Shown: positions 1 to 7,210 of the stretch, piece after piece
Layout of the letters: the number at the start of each line of letters is the position of its first letter
Position numbering within the stretch: the stretch's first letter is position 1
NCBI GenBank assembly: GCA_038740615.1
Contig: JAVYLQ010000015.1
Coordinates: forward strand, 1-13,521
Direction of reading: 5' to 3'
From: Candidatus Anstonellales archaeon
GTDB taxonomy: Archaea; Micrarchaeota; Micrarchaeia; Anstonellales; J096
Length of the DNA: 13,521 bases
Program-made: the position numbers and the translations under genes
The notes under the pieces: model-generated
Seen by the model: the letters and a program-made list of their open reading frames with translations, nothing else
Told to the model about the DNA's origin: nothing
The model's database searches: none

Positions 1-2
1 TG

Positions 3-1004
3 AACATCTCCTGGCCAAGACCAGGTGAGAGTTATACTGAGGGTATTCGAACATTTGAGTTCTATGTGGAGGATGATTTTGCCCAGGTGTTAACATGTTC
101 ATATCTATTCACAGGGCCAAATACCTATAATAACACAGTGCAGGTACAGAATGGATCAACATACTCTATAAATCTGGAGTTCAGTAGAGGGAATTATTAT
201 ATCAATGTTGAGTGTAGTGATGGTGTGAATTCAGTTGTTGAATCCTATCAATTCAACATCAGAAGATCCGGAGGGAATGAACAACCTCCACAAGATGAAT
301 CCCCTCCTCAACAGCAAGAGACCCCACCTACTGATCAGCAGAATCAATCAAGTACTGATCAGAACGTAACTACAAGCACTATTGAAACAGATTCAAACAC
401 TACTACAACAAACATAGATCTTAACACTTCCACAGAGATCACTACTGATTCCAGTACTTCTGATCAGGAACAACCTACTCCTTCTAGTATAATCATTCAA
501 GACCAATCAAATAGGGATCGAACTACTGTAGAAACCGAACAGTCCCCAGGAACCAATCAACAAATAGTAATTATTACTGATATGGAAGGATCTGATAGAA
601 ATATCAATTTGGAAAGATCCGATACAGAAACAGATTCCAACAATCAACAGATGCAGGGTGATACAGAATTGAAAGAGGATTCCACCGATAGGAACAACCT
701 GATGAATGTAAATAGGGTAATCAATAGTGTTGCAGTTGTTCTAACTTCACCTCAATCTCTGGCAGGTCTACTAGGAGTTGGAGTATCAATAATACTCCTA
801 ATGCTCAGAACGGTGAAATTAACTATAGTAAGAGGTGAGAGGAATATGATATTACTAAAGAATCTATTCAATAAACCTGTTAAGGGAGTAACAGTGAGAA
901 TTCTGGATAAAGAATTCCAATCTGATGAAAATGGAATGGTGGTAACAGATTTGCCAGTGGATAAGGCAGAGATTAAAGGGATGTGGGTAATACTTAAAAA
1001 GTAA
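3..1004 (+). CDS. Membrane-anchored cell-surface protein, 5'-truncated: Ig-like beta domain, Q/T/S/D/P-rich linker, TM helix, short C-terminal domain
   Basis: Frame is open upstream of GTG 66 to the window edge (NISWPRPGESYTEGIRTFEFYV...). Beta-rich segment with a Cys pair (LTCSY...VECSDG), long low-complexity linker, hydrophobic LAGLLGVGVSIILLML; stop TAA 1002-1004. Confidence 0.7.
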   Translation, partial: NISWPRPGESYTEGIRTFEFYVEDDFAQVLTCSYLFTGPNTYNNTVQVQNGSTYSINLEFSRGNYYINVECSDGVNSVVESYQFNIRRSGGNEQPPQDESPPQQQETPPTDQQNQSSTDQNVTTSTIETDSNTTTTNIDLNTSTEITTDSSTSDQEQPTPSSIIIQDQSNRDRTTVETEQSPGTNQQIVIITDMEGSDRNINLERSDTETDSNNQQMQGDTELKEDSTDRNNLMNVNRVINSVAVVLTSPQSLAGLLGVGVSIILLMLRTVKLTIVRGERNMILLKNLFNKPVKGVTVRILDKEFQSDENGMVVTDLPVDKAEIKGMWVILKK

Positions 1005-1047
1005 ACATTCAAGGAAATATTGAACAGATTTTCATTTCACAACTTAA

Positions 1048-1055
1048 TTTTAAAT
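1048..1055 (+). promoter_or_regulatory. Putative archaeal TATA box of the ABC transporter operon
   Basis: TTTTAAAT ending 23 nt before ATG 1079, the same spacing seen at other operon starts in the window. Confidence 0.5.
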
Positions 1056-1078
1056 AGATTGTAAGCCTTAATAACAGC

Positions 1079-2497
1079 ATGATCTACATTCCCATGATTC
1101 TTCTCATAGTATTCACAAGTGGAATCTATATAGAAACAATTTCTAGCGATAAGGTAATATACCGACCTGGTGATACTGCTGTTATAACAGTAAACGGAGT
1201 GATCCTATATAGCTCAACAACAGACCCTCCAAAGAGATTAAGTCAAACTATCATTGAGGGCACCACTTCATTTGGAACCTATATAGCTAATATAGGCACA
1301 TTTGAATTGCAAAATGGAGTCCCTCAGAGATTTAGTAGAGTATTGTCTATTAACATACCGTCTAACCTGAATGAAGGAGTTTATATATTGGATATCAAGC
1401 TGAATGGATTTTTAGATACGGAAAAACAATCTGGAAAGATAGTGAATAGTTTTGGCTCTATACCGATAAGAGTTGAAACAAAAAGAGAATTGAGATTGGA
1501 GATAAAAGATAGAGTCTTATTTGACAGAGGGGAGAGTGAGCTCCAAATATGCACCAATGCCAATGTGAAAAATATCAGAATCAGAGGGTTATATTTAGTA
1601 TCTGAATATTATATAGAGAACTTATTCAATTGTTCAAATCTAAGATTTGAATACATAATAGGTAAGAATAGAACTGGAGATATAGATTTTCCTATTGAAG
1701 TATCATATGAAACATCGCTGAACAATAGATATACAGATGCATTTGTGTTTAAGATAAATGTGGAACAGAGTCCTTCCAATATAAAAATAGAGCAAATAGG
1801 GAATCTGGAGAATAATTTGGATAGATTGAAGTTAATTGTAAAATATGAGGGTAGTGATGAATTAAGAGATGTTAAGATATACTCTAGAGGCCCAATACAA
1901 TTTATAAAACCTAACTATCTTTATATTCCAGAGCTAAGAAATGGTTCAGCTATACAGCTTGATGTAGATACATTCTATGGTGGAACTACTGGAGTTATTC
2001 CTAATGAATTCACCATAACATACATATTAAATGGTGTTGCAAGATCCATGACTCTATTATTACCTATTAGAGTATTTAATAGAGCGAATTTGGATGTCTA
2101 TGTAGATTATAACAATTTGATAGCAGATACTCAAAATACTATAAATGTTGTGATCGGAAATGTTGAGAGCTATAATATCCAAGGAGTGAGGATTAGATTA
2201 GATAGTGAAGATGCGAAGGTACTAACCTCTCAGAGATTTGTAGGTGAGATCATAACCAACGATTACGCATCAGAGAGATTTACACTAATACCTAAAGAAG
2301 GTTTGAATAGATTGAGTGTTTCAGTGTATTATAGAGATAGTGCAGGCAATCAGTATGAACAGAATTACAATTTTGAGATTGTTGCTTCTAAAACAACCAG
2401 TAAAGAACCACAAACCAATCCAATAATATTTGTAATTGGGGTTATAGTTATACTAGTTATATTATATTTAGTTTATAGAAAATGGATAAGGAAGTAG
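1079..2497 (+). CDS. Secreted, C-terminally anchored beta-sandwich protein (COG1361 S-layer-domain-like), ABC transporter accessory
   Basis: N-terminal signal-like hydrophobic stretch, repeated beta-rich domains ending in ...VSYETSLNNRY and ...VYYRDSAGNQY, C-terminal TM (IIFVIGVIVILVILYLVY) plus RKWIRK; overlaps the ATPase start by 16 nt. Confidence 0.7.
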   Translation: MIYIPMILLIVFTSGIYIETISSDKVIYRPGDTAVITVNGVILYSSTTDPPKRLSQTIIEGTTSFGTYIANIGTFELQNGVPQRFSRVLSINIPSNLNEGVYILDIKLNGFLDTEKQSGKIVNSFGSIPIRVETKRELRLEIKDRVLFDRGESELQICTNANVKNIRIRGLYLVSEYYIENLFNCSNLRFEYIIGKNRTGDIDFPIEVSYETSLNNRYTDAFVFKINVEQSPSNIKIEQIGNLENNLDRLKLIVKYEGSDELRDVKIYSRGPIQFIKPNYLYIPELRNGSAIQLDVDTFYGGTTGVIPNEFTITYILNGVARSMTLLLPIRVFNRANLDVYVDYNNLIADTQNTINVVIGNVESYNIQGVRIRLDSEDAKVLTSQRFVGEIITNDYASERFTLIPKEGLNRLSVSVYYRDSAGNQYEQNYNFEIVASKTTSKEPQTNPIIFVIGVIVILVILYLVYRKWIRK

Positions 2498-3162
2498 TAT
2501 TAGAACTAAAATCCGTAGGAAAATACTACATGGATGGAGATAATATACTATGGATATTCAGGAATGTAAATTTAGTAGTGCGAAAAAATGATTTTATATC
2601 AATAGTGGCTCCCAGCGGATCCGGAAAGACCACTCTCTTAAACATAATGGCTACATTAGATAAACCTTCTGAAGGTAAAGTATATATAGACGGACAGGAT
2701 GTATCATCTCTAAATGATCAGGAGATATCTAAAATAAGAGCTAAGAAAATAGGTTTTGTGTTCCAACAATTCAATTTGATTCCAGAGTTAACTGCTCTAG
2801 AGAATGTTACCTTACCATATGTATTCAGCGGATATAATGATGTTGATTATGCTATATCACTTATGAAGCGTTTGGGACTGGGGGAGCGATTGAATTTTTA
2901 TCCATCTCAGCTGAGTGGAGGTCAGAAACAGAGAGTTGCAATTGCAAGAGCTCTTATAAACAGACCAAAGATACTATTTGCAGATGAGCCTACAGGAAAT
3001 TTAGACCCCAATAGTTCTGAAGAGGTTCTAAAGATCTTCCAAGAATTGCATAGTGAAGGGAATACTATAATATTAGTTACACATGATTATAATATAGCAA
3101 GAAGAGCTCAGAGGATCTACACAATATCTAATAAAACTCTGATAGAGAAACATGATATTTAA
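2482..3162 (+). CDS. ABC transporter ATP-binding protein, MacB/LolD/FtsE family
   Basis: Walker A APSGSGKT, Q-loop GFVFQQFNL, signature LSGGQKQR, Walker B/D-loop ILFADEPTGNLD, H-loop VTHD. Confidence 0.95.
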   Translation: MDKEVVLELKSVGKYYMDGDNILWIFRNVNLVVRKNDFISIVAPSGSGKTTLLNIMATLDKPSEGKVYIDGQDVSSLNDQEISKIRAKKIGFVFQQFNLIPELTALENVTLPYVFSGYNDVDYAISLMKRLGLGERLNFYPSQLSGGQKQRVAIARALINRPKILFADEPTGNLDPNSSEEVLKIFQELHSEGNTIILVTHDYNIARRAQRIYTISNKTLIEKHDI

Positions 3163-4330
3163 GTTGATTGCTAAATTCTTGTTCTATAATAAGCTCAGAT
3201 CTGGTTTAGTTGTTTTATCCGTATTTGTATCATCGTTGTTTTTCTTAGGGATATTGGGTTTTGGAAATGCGGCAAAGGAGATTCTTATTAATAATCTGAA
3301 TAGGCTCTCATCAGATATAATATTAATAATTCCTCTAACTGTAGATAATCCAATATTCCTACAGAGAGCTCTAAGAACAGGTCTAATATCAGAAGGATTT
3401 AAAGAATCGGATCTCAGGGAGATTTCAAATATTCCGGGAATTAAAAATATCTATAAGGCAACAGGTTATGATGCAATTATTAATACTCGCAAAGATGAGT
3501 TTAGATTACAGATATTTGCTATAGAGAAAAATGGATTGGATCTACTATTTGAGACAGCGGAATTACAGGAAGGTAAACCTGAGTTAAGTTCAGGAGAAGT
3601 TCTAGTAGGAGGAGGGATAGCAGATCGATATGATTTAAGACTTGGTGAATCGATCAGAATAAATAACAGATCGTTTAGAATCGCTGGAATATTCAAGAAA
3701 GTTGGTCCAAATCTATTCAATCTAGATAATGGAATATTTCTCATATATGATGATCTAATTAGAATCACCAATCTAGATCAAAACAGAGTATACTCGATGG
3801 CTCTCAAGTTCGATAGTTCTGCATATAACGAATCTCAAATAAGAGATCAAATATATCAAATACTAGATAGATCGAGGAAAATAAGAAATCCAGAAGATAG
3901 AGATTATTCATTACTATCTGGATCATCTGTATCTGCTCAAATCTCCATTCTCATAGATGCAATAAGATTTTTCTTCCTAGCCATAGCAAGTATCTCTGTT
4001 GTAGTGAGTTTGATAAATCTGACTAATAATTTGTATATATTCATATCAGAGAGATACAAACAGCTAGCCACTCTCAAAGTATTAGGTGCTGATAATAGTT
4101 TCCAAGCTATTCTGATCATAGGAATTTCACTATCTCTAATATTGCTAGGTGTTATACCCACAATAATTATAATCACAATAATATCCCTAACAGATTTACC
4201 ATTTGTGCTTTATAATTCTGATATAATAATATCAATTTCTCTGCTAATACTTGCTACTATTACAACTAGTTATTTCCCAATAAGAGCTGTTAGAAGTATA
4301 GAACCTGCTGAAGCTCTAAGATATGAATAA
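3152..4330 (+). CDS. ABC transporter permease, MacB/FtsX family
   Basis: RSGL + TM1, large extracytoplasmic domain, ERYKQLATLKVLGA motif, three further TMs, C-terminal IEPAEALRYE. Confidence 0.9.
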   Translation: MIFKLIAKFLFYNKLRSGLVVLSVFVSSLFFLGILGFGNAAKEILINNLNRLSSDIILIIPLTVDNPIFLQRALRTGLISEGFKESDLREISNIPGIKNIYKATGYDAIINTRKDEFRLQIFAIEKNGLDLLFETAELQEGKPELSSGEVLVGGGIADRYDLRLGESIRINNRSFRIAGIFKKVGPNLFNLDNGIFLIYDDLIRITNLDQNRVYSMALKFDSSAYNESQIRDQIYQILDRSRKIRNPEDRDYSLLSGSSVSAQISILIDAIRFFFLAIASISVVVSLINLTNNLYIFISERYKQLATLKVLGADNSFQAILIIGISLSLILLGVIPTIIIITIISLTDLPFVLYNSDIIISISLLILATITTSYFPIRAVRSIEPAEALRYE

Positions 4331-5459
4331 GCTTTTGAACCTTGCACTGAAATACAACATAAATGATAGAACCAGATCCATACTAACTGTGATTACTGTT
4401 AGTATTGCAGCATTGCTAGTTATAATCATAATAATAATAACTCAGAGCGGTGTGAATTTCTTCTTTTCAGAACTGCTAACATTTCAACCAGATCAGTTGG
4501 TTATTCTACCCATAGCTATCCAGGGGGGAGGAGCTGCTTCTGGGATAAATTTCTTCGATATGAAAGATTATCTAGCTGTTAGGTCCTTAGAATGCATATC
4601 TAGGTTATATCCTACAATAATATCTAGAGCTGAATATAATTACAAGAATAGAACAGGCTTTGTATCTGTGGTAGGTTCTGATGAATACTTAACTGATAAT
4701 GAATTATATATATCTGTTATGGAGGGAAGACGAATAGATGAGAACAGTAAAAGAATGGTGGTAATAGGATATCGAGTATGGAAGACTCTTGATGTAAAGA
4801 TAGGTGATAGCATTACTCTTGATGGTAAGCAATTCAGAGTTATTGGCATTCTTGAAAAATCAACTTTCCAATCTACAGATGATCAAGTTTTCATATCTTT
4901 GAGTGATGCAAGAGAATTATTTGGAAATAGGTTCAATTCGCTAATTGGTAGATTTGATCTGAACTGTGATGAGAATGGGCTTATTGAGAATATTAAATCA
5001 ATACTTAGAAGAGGAGGGAGAGATATAACTGTGATAAGCTCTCAGTTTATCAAACAGACAATAGGAACTGTTCTAGATCTAATCTCATTTGCCAGTATTG
5101 TTTTATCATTCGTAGCTAGTATTATTGCTAGCTTTGGTATAACTAATACTATTCTAGCATCATTGATAAAGAGAAGGAAACAGATAGCTGTGATGAAAAC
5201 CATCGGAGCAAGTGATAGAGATATAATAATTCTGATAATCTTTCAGATCTCCATATTGGTGATAGCTGGAATTGTATTAGCTGTTATCATAGCTTCGTTA
5301 TTGACAATATACCTAAACAATTTCATTCCAGTATATTTTAAAATATCCGATGTCATTATAAATATGATAATATTGTATTTAGTATCTGTAACTGCCCCTA
5401 TTATTCTAGGATCCAGAGATATATTTAGGATTTCACCTGTGGAGGCACTTAGAGAATAA
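4323..5459 (+). CDS. ABC transporter permease, MacB/FtsX family (second paralogue)
   Basis: RTRSILT + TM1, KRRKQIAVMKTIGA motif, C-terminal ISPVEALRE; overlaps the previous stop by 8 nt. Confidence 0.9.
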   Translation: MNKLLNLALKYNINDRTRSILTVITVSIAALLVIIIIIITQSGVNFFFSELLTFQPDQLVILPIAIQGGGAASGINFFDMKDYLAVRSLECISRLYPTIISRAEYNYKNRTGFVSVVGSDEYLTDNELYISVMEGRRIDENSKRMVVIGYRVWKTLDVKIGDSITLDGKQFRVIGILEKSTFQSTDDQVFISLSDARELFGNRFNSLIGRFDLNCDENGLIENIKSILRRGGRDITVISSQFIKQTIGTVLDLISFASIVLSFVASIIASFGITNTILASLIKRRKQIAVMKTIGASDRDIIILIIFQISILVIAGIVLAVIIASLLTIYLNNFIPVYFKISDVIINMIILYLVSVTAPIILGSRDIFRISPVEALRE

Positions 5460-6324
5460 TAAATCTTGCCTGAATTAACAATTCATTTGGTTCTGATATT
5501 GCACGAAGAGATAGAGAATCAAAGGAGGCAAAATATGCATATAGAGTAGTCTGATCATGATACGAATGTGATCTCAATATGTATGTCGGATGATAATATG
5601 ATGTGTTCTTTGTATATATCAGATAGGTATATTCTAATACATCTAGATATATATGATCTAGTTTCTCTAATATATCATATAATTCTACTATTTTTCTGAT
5701 AGATATGTTATGATTAGTTCTGATGAGTTTTCTAATGACAGATTCATATATACTAAGCTGTGTAGAATTTGGATCTCTGTTTCTCCTATTCATCTCCTGG
5801 GCATGCCATGCATTATAGAAAGGATGTTGGAAAAGGAGTTTGTAATTGTTAGATAATAGAAATCTGATAAATTCTATTGCTATATCCACGAAAGATAAGT
5901 TCTCTCTTGAATACTTTTTAAGTGTGTTTATATTATCTTTGGATGAATACCTGTAACCTTGCACAGTATGTATTAGTAAGCTTTTCTCGGATGGTAAAAA
6001 GGATATGGGGATTCTAAGTAATTCAAAATATTTTGCTTTAACTTTCGCATAGAGTCTAACATCAAACATACCTTCCATGTGAGGTTTCCCTAGCAGATCA
6101 GCACCCATTCTGATATTATTTCCTATATCGACTCTATATTCTGATATAGAACTTATTATTTTATTAAATTCTTGAAAGTCTGTATCTAAATATTTCGCCC
6201 ATATCTTAATAAGGCAACTTGCGACATTAGTATTGGGTTGAATGTGTTTCTGGTAGATTAATGTATTGTATAGATCGATTGGAACTCTACGGATTTCTTT
6301 ATTGAAATCATAAACACTATTCAT
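5449..6324 (-). CDS. Hypothetical protein (about 291 aa)
   Basis: Long ORF converging on the permease (11-nt overlap). ATG 6324 preferred over TTG 6372, which would run through the tRNA promoter. No family recognised with confidence. Confidence 0.65.
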   Translation of the reverse strand: MNSVYDFNKEIRRVPIDLYNTLIYQKHIQPNTNVASCLIKIWAKYLDTDFQEFNKIISSISEYRVDIGNNIRMGADLLGKPHMEGMFDVRLYAKVKAKYFELLRIPISFLPSEKSLLIHTVQGYRYSSKDNINTLKKYSRENLSFVDIAIEFIRFLLSNNYKLLFQHPFYNAWHAQEMNRRNRDPNSTQLSIYESVIRKLIRTNHNISIRKIVELYDILEKLDHIYLDVLEYTYLIYTKNTSYYHPTYILRSHSYHDQTTLYAYFASFDSLSLRAISEPNELLIQARFIIL

Positions 6325-6347
6325 TAAATTATTCTGTTTGAATAGAT

Positions 6348-6355
6348 TTTTAAAA
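6348..6355. promoter_or_regulatory. Palindromic, probably bidirectional TATA box (tRNA-Val and divergent ORF)
   Basis: TTTTAAAA, 24 nt from the tRNA 5' end (6380) and 23 nt from ATG 6324 on the minus strand. Confidence 0.6.
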
Positions 6356-6379
6356 GTTATAGAGAAATACAAAGTAGGA

Positions 6380-6452
6380 GGGCCCGTAGTCGAGGGGTTA
6401 AGACGCCGCTCTCACACAGCGGAGATCCCAGGTTCGAATCCTGGCGGGCCCA
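6380..6452 (+). tRNA. tRNA-Val(CAC), intronless, CCA not encoded
   Basis: Acceptor GGGCCCG/CGGGCCC with discriminator A; anticodon stem CCGCT/AGCGG, loop CT-CAC-AC (anticodon 6413-6415); T arm CCAGG-TTCGAAT-CCTGG; followed by CTA. Confidence 0.97.
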
Positions 6453-6495
6453 CTAATCTTTTTAAAGATTTTTACTATATTTTATATCAATGTGA

Positions 6496-6513
6496 TCACT
6501 CCTGTTGGAGTGA
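6496..6513. repeat. Perfect 7-bp hairpin downstream of the tRNA
   Basis: TCACTCC-TGTT-GGAGTGA. Function unknown. Confidence 0.6.
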
Positions 6514-6672
6514 GATAGGGTAAAAGTTATCATATTTGTGAAGTTTGATTTCACTTTTCGCGAATTTTTAGTACTTTTCTCTCTAAAACCCCCAAAAATT
6601 TTGCATGATTGCCAGTTTGACAAAAAATGGGGGGTAGTTTGAATTAATTTTTAATTCGCAAAAACCCCACGG
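6514..6672 (+). promoter_or_regulatory. Putative CRISPR leader (5' boundary approximate)
   Basis: Non-coding, homopolymer-rich stretch abutting repeat 1, with inverted elements CCCCCA (6589-6594)/TGGGGG (6628-6633) and GAATTAA-TTT-TTAATTC (6641-6657). Confidence 0.55.
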
Positions 6673-6767
6673 GTCTGTAAGATACCTAAAGGAATGTGAA
6701 GAAAAGTGTGTATCTTAAAACCTATCTTAGGTTAGTAAGTCTGTAAGCTACCTAAAGGAATGTGAAG
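6673..6767 (+). CRISPR. Orphan CRISPR-like mini-array: two 29-nt repeats, one 37-nt spacer
   Basis: R1 6673-6701 GTCTGTAAGATACCTAAAGGAATGTGAAG; spacer 6702-6738 AAAAGTGTGTATCTTAAAACCTATCTTAGGTTAGTAA; R2 6739-6767 GTCTGTAAGCTACCTAAAGGAATGTGAAG (28/29 identical). 66-nt period, GT start and ATGTGAAG end resemble class 1 (Cas6-processed) repeats ending ATTGAAA(C/G). Only two repeats, so not certain. Confidence 0.72.
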
Positions 6768-6820
6768 GATGATGATAGAGGTGATCTCTGAATTATGATG
6801 AGAAACGGGCAGTCTGACTT
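6765..6820 (+). ncRNA. Dual-guide C/D box sRNA (2'-O-methylation guide)
   Basis: Box C ATGATGA 6769-6775; 12-nt guide TAGAGGTGATCT; box D' CTGA 6788-6791; box C' ATGATGA 6795-6801; 12-nt guide GAAACGGGCAGT; box D CTGA 6814-6817; terminal stem AAG/CTT. All four boxes match consensus with canonical archaeal spacing. Confidence 0.9.
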
Positions 6821-7160
6821 AAAGAAGCTTTAGATTACCAAATATAATGTTTAATTTATCTTCAAAATCTGGGCCTGCCCCTATACAAGTTACTGTACCA
6901 GGATCCAGCTCAGTATGGCCAGCATCAACTATCTTTACTACTCTAATTCCCATGGTTTTAGCTCTATTGTATATATCTTCAAGCTGCTCTAGATTGTCCA
7001 CTTTCAATACAATCTTTTTTGCACCTTTAATTCTCCACATGTCTCTAAGCTTCTGGTCGGAGATAAGATAGGCTTCTAAACTAGCATGTGCTACCTGGGC
7101 AGCTATTTTACCACATGACATATTTAAATCCTTCCTAACAACAATTACCTGCTTGAGCAT
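6819..7160 (-). CDS. pth2: Peptidyl-tRNA hydrolase 2
   Basis: KQVIVVRKDLNMSCGKIAAQVAHAS, KKIVLKV, VDAGHTELDPGTVTCIGAGP motifs; 113 aa. Confidence 0.97.
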   Translation of the reverse strand: MLKQVIVVRKDLNMSCGKIAAQVAHASLEAYLISDQKLRDMWRIKGAKKIVLKVDNLEQLEDIYNRAKTMGIRVVKIVDAGHTELDPGTVTCIGAGPDFEDKLNIIFGNLKLL

Positions 7161-7175
7161 AGTTCTGTTAGAATG

Positions 7176-7188
7176 TTTATATTTAAAT
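7176..7188. promoter_or_regulatory. Putative bidirectional TATA element
   Basis: TTTATATTTAAAT containing palindromic ATTTAAAT (7181-7188), 20 nt from pth2 ATG and 22 nt from ATG 7211. Confidence 0.5.
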
Positions 7189-7210
7189 CTTTTCAGATAA
7201 TGATTAATTC

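Noticed and set aside
752..4849. Short minus-strand ORFs 752-1012, 1381-1563, 3466-3771, 3937-4176, 4640-4849
   Set aside because: Antisense shadows of well-supported genes, with no motifs.
6325..6372. TTG-initiated N-terminal extension of the 5449 ORF
   Set aside because: It overlaps the shared TATA box; ATG 6324 fits the promoter spacing.
6430..6452. Integrated element at the tRNA-Val 3' end
   Set aside because: I saw no duplicated tRNA 3' end, integrase or transposase in the window.
6494..6503. GATCACTCCT resembling the 16S rRNA 3' end
   Set aside because: Short, gapped match with no other rRNA sequence around it; it is one arm of a local hairpin.
6338..6523. 61-aa plus-strand ORF
   Set aside because: It reads through the tRNA-Val gene and its promoter.
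6673..6767. Type V (Cas12f/Cas14) array with tracrRNA
   Set aside because: Repeats are 29 nt rather than about 37 nt, no extended anti-repeat was found and no RuvC-type ORF is nearby.
6778..6833. CreT-like toxin reading: SD-like GAGGTGA then ATG ATG AGA, mini-ORF MMRNGQSDLKKL
   Set aside because: The ATGs are box C' and the SD-like sequence is the D' guide; AGA is a common codon here, so rare-tRNA sequestration is implausible.
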